Counted from the first letter of the stretch, positions 42,117-53,105 are shown. The stretch: DNA of 64,000 nt from Terriglobales bacterium (GCA_049509755.1 JBEKZP010000001.1:208210-272209); one strand, 5' to 3'. Notes: generated by a model from the letters alone, not told the origin. Numbers and translations: made by a program.

Positions 42117-45100
42117 GCAGTCGGTTTTTCCGACACCTCCGACGTAATCAACCCGGCGACTTCGGTCGTTTTCTTGGCGAGTCGATATGCCCAGCGTCCA
42201 TATGTGCCTTCTGCGTTCACAGCGGCAACCCATCTGTCAGCAGCAGCGCGTTTGACATCACCCAGTGGGTCGAAGCCTTTTGTTTCGACGATTACATGGA
42301 TTGGCGGGTCACTTTTCAGCCGCACGATGAAGTCGGGCATGTAGTCGTGCATCTGCCCGTTGTGAAGGTACGGGATCGCGAAGCCCAAGCCAGCATTCTT
42401 CACGAAAGCGTCCACCATCGGGTGGGTGTCTATGTAGTACGCCGCTGCCTGTTCCCACTTCGCGGTATCTGGTACTACGTAGTTCAAATGGCTATGCACA
42501 GCTTCGCGTGGTTCACGGCTCGTCCAGAAGCCCACTTCGGCAGTTGAACCGGGGCCACGGCTCGATTCGTACAGCGGAATCTCCGGCGTCTCGCCTTCGC
42601 TGGTGTCCGGGTGAATGTTCTCCGTCAGAATCTCCACCAACCAGCCGTAGTACGGCGATAGCCCCGCGTCTTTAATATCGGCAGGCGGACGTACATCGAC
42701 GTGGTCTTTGAGATAACGCTCGACGATTCGCGCAATCTGCGGGAAGAGGACGTGTGCCGGTGCTTGACACTGCGGCTGCGAGACATAGTGCTTCGTCAGT
42801 CCTGACGCAATATCGAACACGAGTTCTTGAACGCGCCGCTTCTTTCGGTACTCCTGCAAGGTAACTTTGCTGATCCGGTTCGGTCCATTAAGCGACATCC
42901 TACCCGCAGTGTTTACGCTAAGCCCCTTCGCCTCGTACTCCGGCGGAATCGAGTCGGGCGTCAGCACCAGCATGGGCACCTTGGCCCAGTCCATCGTCAC
43001 CTTGTTGCGAATGGCCTGGGTGTAGCCCTCGACGCGCGGGAAGCGAATCTCGTACTTTGCCTTCTCGGGGATCGCATGGACGTGGTAACGCTTCGGACGC
43101 GGGGTGCCGGGTGTCCGAGAGGTCGCTTTGAAGGGGATCACCTCGAACGGCACGCCAAGCACCTTCGAGACCTCTTCCGTAAACTTGCCGTTTTCGCCTA
43201 CCTCGTAACTGGCTCGCCGCAAGCCACGCCCTACCACTTGTTCGCACAGCAACTGCGACATGAACGGACGTATGCCGATAATGTGTGTGACCGTGTTGCA
43301 GTCCCAGCCCTCGGTGAGCATTCCGACGCTCACAATGCAGCGCACGTCACGTCCAGGCGGGTGAAGCGGTCGTTTCAGCTTCTTCGCCAGCTCCTCGAAG
43401 CCTTCCGGGTAGATCGGGCGTCCCTGCTTATCAGCAGGCCAGTTCGTCTTGCCAACCGTATCGAGCGTTAACCGCATCCAGCGCGATTCATCGCTCTTGG
43501 CTTCTCCCGTATCGGTTTCGTGAACTACCTTCGAATCGACGCGGATCGTGTTGATCTGCCCCTTGGCGTTCCTGAACCCCTCGATTTTCGCTGGCGGAAT
43601 TCCGGTCGGCGCTTCGTTGTTCGCCAGCCAGGCGTAGATCATTTTCGCGATCCTCGTGTTCTTGCAAACGAGGATGAAAACTGGCGGGCGTGGTTCAGTG
43701 CCACTCTTCTCCCAGTCCTCGCGTTCTTTCTCCCACTGCCCGGCCAGCATCGCAATCGGATGGTGGGCATACTTCAGGATCGCTTCGGGTTTGGCGCTGC
43801 CCTTCTTGCCCCCGCGCTCGGCTGGCGTCAGTTGCGGCTGAATCCACTGCCAGATGTTGAAATAGGCCGGATACTCCTGCCCGGTCGTATCGCGGATCGC
43901 AAGTTGGGGAATCTTCACCAGCCCGGACTCAATCGCGTCAATCAGGCCGAAGTCGCTCACAATCCACGGAAATGGCTTGTTTTGCTCCTGGCCGATTCTG
44001 CCGAGAAAATACGGTGTGGCTGAAAGATCAACACAGAAGTTAATGCCGCGCTGCTTATTGATCTTGTCCAGCCCATCTACCCAGACGGTCGCTTCGTCAC
44101 GCTCCGCCAGCCAATCATCGCGCTCGTCTTCCTCCAACTGTTCCCAGTCGTCTGGCCGTTCTTGCAAGATGCGATAGGCGTGGTGCGCCTCGTCATTCAT
44201 TACGAGAATGTTCTGCTTTCCGCCAATCTCCCGGCCCAGCACGCGATTAATCAGAGCCGTGTCGCTCTCGACATAGCGCACTGACTCGACTTTCACCTTC
44301 TTGAGATTACCTTCTTTGTCGTGCTCTTCTTCGATCACTGTGAGCAGCCCGGCTGTCACCTGTCGCTCGTAATCCTTCAGGCTAAGGTAGCGCGTGCCTC
44401 GGGCGGTCGTGCTTTTCGGACCGATGGTGATCGTCTCCCTCGTTCGCACGGGCACCCCAGCCTTCGTAACTTTCGAGCCAACTCCGCCCACCTGCACACT
44501 CTGAGGCTCGAACACGTGCCAGTTCGTCACCAGCACTTTGCCTTGCGTGAGAAGCGGCATCAGGTGCGGAGGCACCAGATCGCGAGTCCGGTAAATACTG
44601 GCCTCGCCCAGTTCGGGGTCGAGTTCACGCAGGCGGTTGCGGATGGTGACGTTTGGGCAGACGGCAAGCACTATTTCAGAGAAACGGGCGTCACTGCGGT
44701 TATTGACCTTGTTGAGAATGCTCCAAGCCGCGAGCATTCCCATTACCGCGGTCTTGCCTGCTCCAGTTGCCATCTTGCAGGCGTACCGCTGGAATCCCTG
44801 GTAGCCTTCGGCCTTCCGCTCTTCACTCGGCTCGTCGCGTGGAACGGTGATGCCTTGTAGAAAGTCTTGCCGGCCTTCAGTGATGAAGATCACGGTGAGG
44901 GCAGCTTCAAGTTGGGCGAAGAACAGCCGCTTCTCGCGACCGTCTCGTGTCCACCATTGGATTAGTTCCAGCGTGGTGCGAGTGACGCCGGGATAGCCCG
45001 CTTGCTGCCACGCCTCAAGTCGCTCTCGAACGAGGTTCACCAGCCCAAGCTCAAAGCCGTAGGGGAAATCCTTTGAAGTCCGCAGAACCGTGCCGTCAAC

Positions 45101-45277
45101 TGTCCATGCCTCACGCTGATCTTTGGGTGGGAAGATTACGGCGGGTCTTCGCTTGGAGTGCTCTGGCGAACAGGGCCTCTGTTCGGGCTGCTCACCTTCG
45201 CGGATATACCAGTACCGCGTGGGCTTCTCGAAAGGCGAGTTCAGGATCGGTTCTGATACTTCTACGTACTCGCTCAT
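42089..45277 (-). CDS. res: Type III restriction-modification system restriction subunit (Res; SF2 helicase plus nuclease)
   Basis: Walker A GAGKT and a DEAH-like VMNDEAHH in a 1062-aa protein immediately downstream of a Mod methyltransferase. Confidence 0.85.
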   Translation of the reverse strand: MSEYVEVSEPILNSPFEKPTRYWYIREGEQPEQRPCSPEHSKRRPAVIFPPKDQREAWTVDGTVLRTSKDFPYGFELGLVNLVRERLEAWQQAGYPGVTRTTLELIQWWTRDGREKRLFFAQLEAALTVIFITEGRQDFLQGITVPRDEPSEERKAEGYQGFQRYACKMATGAGKTAVMGMLAAWSILNKVNNRSDARFSEIVLAVCPNVTIRNRLRELDPELGEASIYRTRDLVPPHLMPLLTQGKVLVTNWHVFEPQSVQVGGVGSKVTKAGVPVRTRETITIGPKSTTARGTRYLSLKDYERQVTAGLLTVIEEEHDKEGNLKKVKVESVRYVESDTALINRVLGREIGGKQNILVMNDEAHHAYRILQERPDDWEQLEEDERDDWLAERDEATVWVDGLDKINKQRGINFCVDLSATPYFLGRIGQEQNKPFPWIVSDFGLIDAIESGLVKIPQLAIRDTTGQEYPAYFNIWQWIQPQLTPAERGGKKGSAKPEAILKYAHHPIAMLAGQWEKEREDWEKSGTEPRPPVFILVCKNTRIAKMIYAWLANNEAPTGIPPAKIEGFRNAKGQINTIRVDSKVVHETDTGEAKSDESRWMRLTLDTVGKTNWPADKQGRPIYPEGFEELAKKLKRPLHPPGRDVRCIVSVGMLTEGWDCNTVTHIIGIRPFMSQLLCEQVVGRGLRRASYEVGENGKFTEEVSKVLGVPFEVIPFKATSRTPGTPRPKRYHVHAIPEKAKYEIRFPRVEGYTQAIRNKVTMDWAKVPMLVLTPDSIPPEYEAKGLSVNTAGRMSLNGPNRISKVTLQEYRKKRRVQELVFDIASGLTKHYVSQPQCQAPAHVLFPQIARIVERYLKDHVDVRPPADIKDAGLSPYYGWLVEILTENIHPDTSEGETPEIPLYESSRGPGSTAEVGFWTSREPREAVHSHLNYVVPDTAKWEQAAAYYIDTHPMVDAFVKNAGLGFAIPYLHNGQMHDYMPDFIVRLKSDPPIHVIVETKGFDPLGDVKRAAADRWVAAVNAEGTYGRWAYRLAKKTTEVAGLITSEVSEKPTAQEAQTSSR

Positions 45278-48051
45278 TACTTCGCCTCTCTGAGGCTCTT
45301 TACAATCAGCAATTCGTTACCACGGTCGTCAATCACCTTGATTGCGACTTGGCCCTGCTCTCCGGTCTCAAACGGCGCACTGACGGTTCCGGCAAGATGA
45401 TCCCAAACTGTGTCCTCGTACTCGCCCTTGAGGGCTTTCTTCAAGCCCTCCCATGCACCGGTACGCGGAAAGAACGCTTGCGAAACGTGGAAGCACAGGC
45501 CGTTGTAATCAGTGTCGAGAAACCAGGCGGGCACGTCTTCAGCGTTACCGTGATGGGCTTCCATTGCAATCGGGTCGAACACATCAAGGCCCAGCAACTC
45601 GACCTCGTACTGCTGCGTCCCATTGCTCTTTCCTGCCTTGCGAACCTCGGCTTCCGGCAGGCCGCACACGCTGAAGATTTGGCTCGACCGCATGTGCTTG
45701 AGCAGGTCGCCCATCATCAGGTCAGGAGTCGCCTGCACGTAGGTTGCGGGGATGCCGACCGCTTCGGCGCATTGCTCGACTAACATGCGAGCATTGGGCT
45801 GAATAGCGAAGCCGATCACGTACAGGTGGGTATAGTTCTTGGCGTTCGCTTCCTTGGCCGCCTGATAGACCAGCTTCTCACTCACCGCGCCATTCTCGGG
45901 GCCAAAGACAAAGGCAACGGTCTTCTGCGAAAGTGGTAGTGCTTTGCCGTTTTTCTCGGCTGCCTCTTGCACCGCTTCGGCGAGCGTTGCCCTCTGGCCG
46001 GGAGCAGTTGCGTCCACCATTGCCTCAGCGGAGAGCGCAAGCGTCTTGGCAGGCGGGCGGACGTTCTTGAGAGTTACGCTCTTGTTGCCTTCCAGACGCA
46101 GCACCGGGGACTTCCGCAGAATTTCCAGCATCCGATCAACGAACGAGCCATGCCCGGTCTGTCCTTGCTGATCGCTTGCGGCTGATGTTTGAGCGCTTTC
46201 CTCGAAATCCTGTGGCGTCGGAATTGTCGCTTCGAGCGTGAACGGCCCGGTCACGCGAGTAATACCGTTCTGAATCTCCGGGCGGTCAACCAATACTTCC
46301 TCTTCGGGCGGTTCGTTGTTAGCAATCGACTTGAGCGTTACGTGAGGAACGATCCCGCCCACCTCTTCGCCCTTTGTATTCTGCTTCCGTTTGTAGACGA
46401 ACCCCGCCGCTGGCCCGCGCGACTCGTCATTGAGTCCATACCAATCGAACGTCGCCGTCAGCAAGCGCTGACGCGCAAGTGCCAGTGGAACGCGGCTTGT
46501 ATCAATGGTGATCCAGCGTCGGCCCCATTGTTCCGCGACATAGGATGTCGTTCCGCTGCCACAAGTTGGATCGAGCACAAGATCACCAGGATCGGTTGTC
46601 ATCAAGAGACAGCGTTCGATCACTCTTGGAGTTGTCTGTACAACGTACAGCTTCTGCGCGGCAAAGCCGGAAATGCCGGTGTCATCCCACATGTTTGAAA
46701 CTGGGAACACTGGGAAATCGTCCAGGAATCTCACATATCTGAGGCTGTTTCCCACGACGAAAAGCCTTCCTGCTCGCGCAAGGTTCTCCAATCCTTTCAG
46801 GTCTGATTTGAATGTTCCACGCCCCGGCGTGAACCGCTTCCCGTCAAACGCAAACTCCTTCACGTCGCCTTCCTGTGCGGGGCGCTGGCTTGTCATGTCG
46901 CCGTGTTGGAAAATATGTGAACCGGGGGGAGCTTCGAGCTTAAGACGCTCGAAAGAACCGAAATTTCTTCGCGTGCCATCTGGCAACTCAGCCCATGTGT
47001 ATTGGGTTGCGCCAGCCTCGCCGGGTTCTTTCTTCAGGTAGAGTTGCCGGTATTTCACGCGCTCTTTGTCTTTTGCGTACCACAAGAGGTAATCGCTGAC
47101 AGCCGACAGCAGATTCCCCGATGCGCTGCTTGTCTTAACGAAGGTTATAACGCCGCAAAAGTGCTCGTTCCCGAATACCTCATCCAGCAATTCTCGGACA
47201 TGGTGTAAATTCTGGTCGCTGATCTGGACGAAGATGCTGCCGGTCTCTGCGAGTAAGTCGCGAACGAGAAATAGGCGATCTCGAAGGTAATTCAGATAAG
47301 AGTGCTCGTTCAGTTCCCAGATGTCCCGGTACGCCTGCACCATCTCTGGCTCACGGGTCATGTCCTCATCATCATTGTGCTGCACGTCACGCTTGCGAAC
47401 GAACGGCTGGAAGTTCGAGCCGAACTTCACACCATACGGCGGGTCGAGGTAGATCATCTGCACTTGCCCGCCGAGGTTCTCGTACCGCAGCAGCGAGTTC
47501 ATCACCACGAGCGAGTCGCCGAGGATCATCCGGTTAACCCACTTGTCGCGGTGCTCGTAGGCGCGGAGAACCTGATCGGCAATGGAATGCTGCGGATCGC
47601 CGAACAGGTCGAACATATCCGTCTGCTTATCGCGCTTGTGACCCTTCAGTGTTTCGAGGATCGCCTTCGTCGAGAGCCGTTCATGGATGAACAGCGGCAG
47701 TGTGGGCACGTCGAACGAGATGCGCTCGGCCTTGCCCGCCCAGTTCAGGAAGGGCTTGCTCATGGCCTTCAGCTTGGCGACCGCAAACTTCGCGGTTTCC
47801 AGCGTCTCGGCTTGGAGCGCCTCACGGATTAGCGCCTCGCCCCGTTCTCGCGCCGGGTTCTGGCCATCCCATTCCAGCGCCGGGGACAGCGAGTCGTCGT
47901 AGCGGTATTTCTTGGGTTCTTTGCGCTTTTTGAACTGCGCTTGCGTGCCCACCTCTGGCCGCATCGGGCTATCAGAGGTCGGGTGCTTGTAGTTCTGGGC
48001 AGACTTGGCGTTCGCCTTGCCTCGCCTGGTGCCGGTCCTGCCGTTCGCCAT
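45277..48051 (-). CDS. mod: Type III R-M modification subunit (Mod; N6-adenine DNA methyltransferase)
   Basis: DPPYG catalytic motif (MIYLDPPYGVKFGSN) and the SAM-binding region (LVLDPTCGSGTTSYVAEQWGRRWITID). Confidence 0.85.
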   Translation of the reverse strand: MANGRTGTRRGKANAKSAQNYKHPTSDSPMRPEVGTQAQFKKRKEPKKYRYDDSLSPALEWDGQNPARERGEALIREALQAETLETAKFAVAKLKAMSKPFLNWAGKAERISFDVPTLPLFIHERLSTKAILETLKGHKRDKQTDMFDLFGDPQHSIADQVLRAYEHRDKWVNRMILGDSLVVMNSLLRYENLGGQVQMIYLDPPYGVKFGSNFQPFVRKRDVQHNDDEDMTREPEMVQAYRDIWELNEHSYLNYLRDRLFLVRDLLAETGSIFVQISDQNLHHVRELLDEVFGNEHFCGVITFVKTSSASGNLLSAVSDYLLWYAKDKERVKYRQLYLKKEPGEAGATQYTWAELPDGTRRNFGSFERLKLEAPPGSHIFQHGDMTSQRPAQEGDVKEFAFDGKRFTPGRGTFKSDLKGLENLARAGRLFVVGNSLRYVRFLDDFPVFPVSNMWDDTGISGFAAQKLYVVQTTPRVIERCLLMTTDPGDLVLDPTCGSGTTSYVAEQWGRRWITIDTSRVPLALARQRLLTATFDWYGLNDESRGPAAGFVYKRKQNTKGEEVGGIVPHVTLKSIANNEPPEEEVLVDRPEIQNGITRVTGPFTLEATIPTPQDFEESAQTSAASDQQGQTGHGSFVDRMLEILRKSPVLRLEGNKSVTLKNVRPPAKTLALSAEAMVDATAPGQRATLAEAVQEAAEKNGKALPLSQKTVAFVFGPENGAVSEKLVYQAAKEANAKNYTHLYVIGFAIQPNARMLVEQCAEAVGIPATYVQATPDLMMGDLLKHMRSSQIFSVCGLPEAEVRKAGKSNGTQQYEVELLGLDVFDPIAMEAHHGNAEDVPAWFLDTDYNGLCFHVSQAFFPRTGAWEGLKKALKGEYEDTVWDHLAGTVSAPFETGEQGQVAIKVIDDRGNELLIVKSLREAK

Positions 48052-48269
48052 CAGGAATCTCCTGCTCGAATCCGGTCCAGATTACGCGGAGTTCAAGCAA
48101 AATCCGCGTGTTGGCCGGATTTGTTCCAAAATCGGAACTGATTTTCGGAACTGGAATTAGAGGGGCTGATTCTACAACAGGCCCGTTCCGGCTCGTTCGG
48201 CGACTAGCGCACCATTCACCGCGAACGAGTCGCGTCGTTGGCGCGGATGGTTTGCGCCGGGGCAAGCGC

Positions 48270-48410
48270 GCCGCCGCCTTCGAGCGCGAGACCATCCTCG
48301 CCGAACTCAAGGCGCACCATCACCACATCACCAACACCGCCCGCGCCCTCGGCCTGGAGCGCAGCCACCTGTACAAGAAGTGCCAGCAGCTTGGCATTGA
48401 CCTGCGCTCC
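48270..48410 (+). pseudogene. Orphan Fis/NtrC-type C-terminal HTH segment without a catalytic domain. It is probably a remnant of a sigma-54-type regulator, or a degenerate small Fis-like gene
   Basis: AFERETILAELKAHHHHITNTARALGLERSHLYKKCQQLGIDL matches the Fis/NtrC HTH consensus. No AAA+ domain lies upstream, and the frame runs on for 45 nonsense codons. Confidence 0.3.
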
Positions 48411-48835
48411 GTCCGCGGCGGTTCGGCCTTGGCCCTCTTTTTCTTCTTGGTCACTCCGGGCCGGGTTTTAAGCCGAAGAGGAAGCTGCTTTTCTCCCAGC
48501 TTCGCTTGCACACTGCGCGGCAGCTTGCTGCGGATGTTCTGATACGACTCCGTAATCAGCTCGCGCATCTCGCCGTCGCGCAGAAGATCCATGCGCTCCA
48601 ATTCCACCCAATCGTGCTTGCCGATGTACGGCGCGCGCCGGATGCCCTCGATCTCCAGCAGCTCGGCGCAGCGCCCCGGGGTGCACTTCACCCAGATGCG
48701 CGGCGGCGTGTCGGCCAGCGTGACATTGACGAAGAACTTGTTGGCCACGCGAAACAGCAGACACTCACCCCATTGCAGCCCTTCGCTGGCGCCGGGAAAG
48801 GAGAGACAGTGTTTGCGGAGAGAATCTAGGTTCAT
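48320..48835 (-). CDS. MmcQ/YjbR family protein with an unusual ~50-aa basic C-terminal tail
   Basis: The N-terminal 120 aa follow the YjbR pattern (CLSFPGASEGLQWGE..LFRVANKFF...IWVKC). The tail overlaps the HTH remnant on the opposite strand. Confidence 0.6.
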   Translation of the reverse strand: MNLDSLRKHCLSFPGASEGLQWGECLLFRVANKFFVNVTLADTPPRIWVKCTPGRCAELLEIEGIRRAPYIGKHDWVELERMDLLRDGEMRELITESYQNIRSKLPRSVQAKLGEKQLPLRLKTRPGVTKKKKRAKAEPPRTERRSMPSCWHFLYRWLRSRPRARAVLVMW

Positions 48836-48842
48836 AAAAAGT

Positions 48843-48916
48843 GGCAGTGATCAGTGCTCAGTGGCCAGCAGTCAATGGCAAGAACTGGCCACTAGCCACT
48901 GACCACTGGCCACTCA

Positions 48917-48917
<1 letters not shown>
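48843..48917. repeat. Hairpin of tandem CAGTGRYCA-type units and their complement
   Basis: ggcagtgatcagtgctcagtggccag ... ctggccactagccactgaccactggccactcac. Confidence 0.7.
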
Positions 48918-50077
<1,160 letters not shown>

Positions 50078-50084
50078 AAAGGCA

Positions 50085-50135
50085 GCTCTTAGCTTTTAGC
50101 TTTTAGCTATTAGCAATTAGCGACTTCGTCCAGCA
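50085..50135. repeat. Tandem TAGCTTT-type heptamer repeat forming a partial hairpin
   Basis: agctcttagcttttagcttttagctattagcaattagc. Confidence 0.55.
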
Positions 50136-50743
50136 GCTAATCGCTTCAGTTCACAAAAAACTTGTTCCACCTGCCGTTCCGTCTCCGCGCGCGAACCCGA
50201 ATTGTCGATCACGTAATCCGCGGCGCGAATCTTTTCTTCATCCGAACGCTGCGCCGCCTGTCGCCGCTCAACCTCCTGCCGCGCCGCTTCGTCCGTGATG
50301 CCCTGGCGCTCCGCAAAGCGCGCCGCCTTCTGCTCCGGCCGGCAGGTCACCACGACGATCTTGTCGAAGCGCTTTTGTACGCCCGCTTCCAGGATCAGCG
50401 CCGCCTCCACGATGACCACCGCGTCGCGATGGCGCGCGGCCTCCTCTTTCATCCAGCGCTCCTGGTGCGCGATGACCGCCGGATGGACCAGCCGGTTCAG
50501 TTCCTCGACGCGCCCGCCGCCGAAGGCCGCCCGCGCCAGCTTCTGCCGGTCGATGGTCCCATCTTCATGGACAATGCCACCGCCGAAATGTTGCACGACT
50601 TCCCGGTACACCGGCTGCCCCGGCCGCATGAGCTGGTGCGCGATCTCGTCGGCCTTGATCAGCCTGGCCCCGCGCGCCACGAACATTTCGCCGACCGTGG
50701 ACTTGCCGCATGCCACGCCGCCGGTCAACCCCACTTTGAGCAA
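50117..50743 (-). CDS. coaE: Dephospho-CoA kinase (TTG start)
   Basis: GLTGGVACGKST P-loop, ~208 aa. Confidence 0.85.
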   Translation of the reverse strand: MLKVGLTGGVACGKSTVGEMFVARGARLIKADEIAHQLMRPGQPVYREVVQHFGGGIVHEDGTIDRQKLARAAFGGGRVEELNRLVHPAVIAHQERWMKEEAARHRDAVVIVEAALILEAGVQKRFDKIVVVTCRPEQKAARFAERQGITDEAARQEVERRQAAQRSDEEKIRAADYVIDNSGSRAETERQVEQVFCELKRLAAGRSR

Positions 50744-50786
50744 ACACTGCCTCGTTCGATAAGAGTCGTACTACGACATGATTGAA

Positions 50787-51728
50787 TTACCGCGCCGCCA
50801 TCGCCGGAACCTTGGCGCCGCGGCGCATCTTGCACGCCCGGAGCGTGTTCACCATCAGCATGGCGATGGTTAGCGGGCCGACGCCGCCGGGCACGGGCGT
50901 GATGGCGCCGGCGATTTCCGCCACGTGCGGATCCACGTCGCCTATCAACGTCGAACCCCGCTCCGCGAACGATTTCTCCCGCTTCTCGTTGCCCTTGAAA
51001 AATTTGTCGAACTCGGCGCGGTCGGTGATCTTGTTCATGCCCACGTCAATCACGGTCGCGCCCGGCCGCACGTAGTTCTTGTCGATCATGCCGGTGCGGC
51101 CCATGGCACATACCAGAATGTCGGCGCGGCGGCAGACGCCCGGCAGGTCGCGCGTCTTGGAATGGCAGATGGTCACTGTGGCGTGGTTGTTGGTCAGCAG
51201 CATTGCCGTGGGCTTGCCGACGATGTCGCTGCGGCCCACCACCACCGCTTCCGCGCCGGCGATTGGGATGTCGCTGCGCCGCAGGACTTCGATGATGCCC
51301 TCGGGAGTGCACGGCACCAGGCCCGGCCGTTGCGTCGAGAGGAACCCAACGTTGACCGGGTGGAAGCCATCCACGTCCTTCGCCGGGTCCACGGCCATGA
51401 GCACGCGCTTGGAATCCACTTGCTTGGGCAGCGGAAGCTGGACCAGGATGCCGTCGATTTCGTCGCGCGAGTTCAGGTCGTGCACCAGCGCGAGCAGTTC
51501 GTCGGTGGTGGAGGTGTCGGGCGGGGTGTGCTTCTCGCTGTAGATGCCCAGCGCCTCGCAGCTTTTCACCTTGCCGCGCACGTAGATTTCCGAGGCGGGA
51601 TTGTTGCCCACCAGGATGACCGCCAGCCCCGGCCGAATGCCGGCAGCAGTCATGCCCTTCGCCTCGTCGGCGACTTCGGCCTTGATGGCGGCGGCGATTT
51701 TTTCGCCGTCCAAAATTCTGGCAGCCAT
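50787..51728 (-). CDS. folD: Bifunctional methylenetetrahydrofolate dehydrogenase/cyclohydrolase
   Basis: ILDGEKIAAAIKAEV...AVILVGNNPASEIYVRGK...GILVQLPLP. Confidence 0.9.
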   Translation of the reverse strand: MAARILDGEKIAAAIKAEVADEAKGMTAAGIRPGLAVILVGNNPASEIYVRGKVKSCEALGIYSEKHTPPDTSTTDELLALVHDLNSRDEIDGILVQLPLPKQVDSKRVLMAVDPAKDVDGFHPVNVGFLSTQRPGLVPCTPEGIIEVLRRSDIPIAGAEAVVVGRSDIVGKPTAMLLTNNHATVTICHSKTRDLPGVCRRADILVCAMGRTGMIDKNYVRPGATVIDVGMNKITDRAEFDKFFKGNEKREKSFAERGSTLIGDVDPHVAEIAGAITPVPGGVGPLTIAMLMVNTLRACKMRRGAKVPAMAAR

Positions 51729-51800
51729 GATTCCTCACTCAGTATGAAGATAAATACAGCAGAACATTGTACTTTAGGCGCGAGGCATGCATACGCCGAT

Positions 51801-52532
51801 ATGAAGCCACAAGCGCAAGAGCGACGCATCGGGCTGGCGCGGGCGATGTCGAAGCGCGGCAGTTGCTCGCGTTCGCAGGCGAGCGAGATGATCCGCGCCG
51901 GGCGGGTGCGTCTGAACGGCAAAGTGCGGCGCGATCCGGAAACGCCGGTGCGTCTGGAACGCGATCGGATCACGCTCGACGGACAGCCGCTCCAGGCACT
52001 AGAGAAGGTCTACCTGATGCTGAACAAGCCGCGCACCGTGGTTACGACGGCATCGGACGAAGCGGGGCGGAAGACGGTGTACGCCTGCCTGCCACCGGGG
52101 CTGCCGTGGGTGGCGGCGGTGGGCCGTCTGGATATGGCGAGCGAGGGCCTGCTGCTGATGACCAACGATTCGGAGTGGGCGGCGCGGATCACGGCGCCGG
52201 AGTCGCACCTGGACAAGCGGTATCACGTGCGGGTGGGCGCGAAGGCGGAAGAGGAATTGCTTCAAAAGATGATGGCGGGCGTGGAGAGCGAGGGTGAGTG
52301 GCTGCGGGTGAAGCGGGTCGAAGTGCTGCGCCACGGAGGGCGCAATTGCTGGCTTAAGGTGGTGCTGGACGAGGGCAGGAACCGGCAGATTCGCAGGATC
52401 ATGCAGGCGCTGGGAGTGGAGGTTTTGAGGCTGGTGCGGGTAGCGATCGGGCCGGTGGAGCTGGGTGAGCTGAAAAAAGGGCAGGCGCGACGGTTAACGC
52501 CAAAAGAGAAGGCCGCGTTGGATGATTTGTGA
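51801..52532 (+). CDS. Pseudouridine synthase, RsuA/RluB family (S4 domain plus catalytic domain). The ORF track starts far upstream at 50925; the ATG at 51801 gives 243 aa
   Basis: GSCSRSQASEMIRAGRVRLNG S4 motif, and YLMLNKPRTVVTT plus GRLDMASEGLLLMTND around the catalytic Asp. Confidence 0.8.
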   Translation: MKPQAQERRIGLARAMSKRGSCSRSQASEMIRAGRVRLNGKVRRDPETPVRLERDRITLDGQPLQALEKVYLMLNKPRTVVTTASDEAGRKTVYACLPPGLPWVAAVGRLDMASEGLLLMTNDSEWAARITAPESHLDKRYHVRVGAKAEEELLQKMMAGVESEGEWLRVKRVEVLRHGGRNCWLKVVLDEGRNRQIRRIMQALGVEVLRLVRVAIGPVELGELKKGQARRLTPKEKAALDDL

Positions 52533-52605
52533 TTTAGCGATTTGTGATTTGCGGGAAGTCGTCAGTCTTCGGCGGTCAGTGCCAGTGACTGAGGACTGAA
52601 GACCA
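52533..52605. repeat. Tandem GATTTGT-type repeats followed by a CAGTGAC-type inverted repeat
   Basis: tgatttagcgatttgtgatttgcg ... agtcgtcagtcttcggcggtcagtgccagtgactgaggactgaagac. Confidence 0.55.
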
Positions 52606-52610
52606 ATGGC

Positions 52611-52787
52611 CTAGTGCCAGAAGGGGTCGCCGATGCCGGTTGGCTTGAGGGCGGAGTCGGGCGTGTCTGCCGTGGTGTTCCACTTTCCGGGCTCGGAATC
52701 GCGCTGCGGTGGCGGCGGAAAATCATCTCCTGTACAGCCGCACGGATTCAAGTTCGTGTATTCGGAATGGCAGTTGGGGCAAACCAT
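52611..52787 (-). CDS. Small zinc-ribbon protein (58 aa). It is not in the ORF track
   Basis: A GGGAGG RBS 6 nt upstream of the ATG. MVCPNCHSEYTNLNPCGCTGDDFPPPPQRD... has a CPxC...CxC cysteine cluster and is flanked by repeat elements. Confidence 0.5.
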   Translation of the reverse strand: MVCPNCHSEYTNLNPCGCTGDDFPPPPQRDSEPGKWNTTADTPDSALKPTGIGDPFWH

Positions 52788-52908
52788 GGGATCGCCTCCC
52801 TATACAGATACGAGCTTAGGGAAATCAAGGCAGGCAGGGAAATTCAAAATTTAGTTAGGCGCGATTCAGAAAAATAATGGAAGAACGGGGAAGCGGCGCC
52901 GCGGTGCA

Positions 52909-52938
52909 GCCGTTCCCTTCGACTTCGCTCAGGGTCAC
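52909..52938 (-). repeat. Copy of the dispersed ~30-nt element. The minus strand contains the exact core CCCTGAGCGAAGTCGAAGGG
   Basis: The plus strand reads gccgttcccttcgacttcgctcagggtcac. Confidence 0.7.
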
Positions 52939-53105
52939 GCTGACGCAAGCAACTGCCGGCTAACGGCAGCGCTTAAGAACGCGATGGGAAAGACCCACAT
53001 CTGCCAAAACCGGGCAGATGTGGGGCACCCGGCCACTCGGGACTCGGGTCTGGCGACTCACTTGTGGTTTAATCCTTATCTCTAATCTGAAATCCGAATC
53101 TATTC

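Noticed and set aside
48108-48542. A 144-aa plus-strand ORF as a real Fis-family regulator gene
   Set aside because: Only about 45 residues resemble a Fis/NtrC HTH. There is no plausible N-terminal domain or RBS, the frame continues long past where such HTH proteins end, and it overlaps the YjbR-like gene. It is treated as a remnant.
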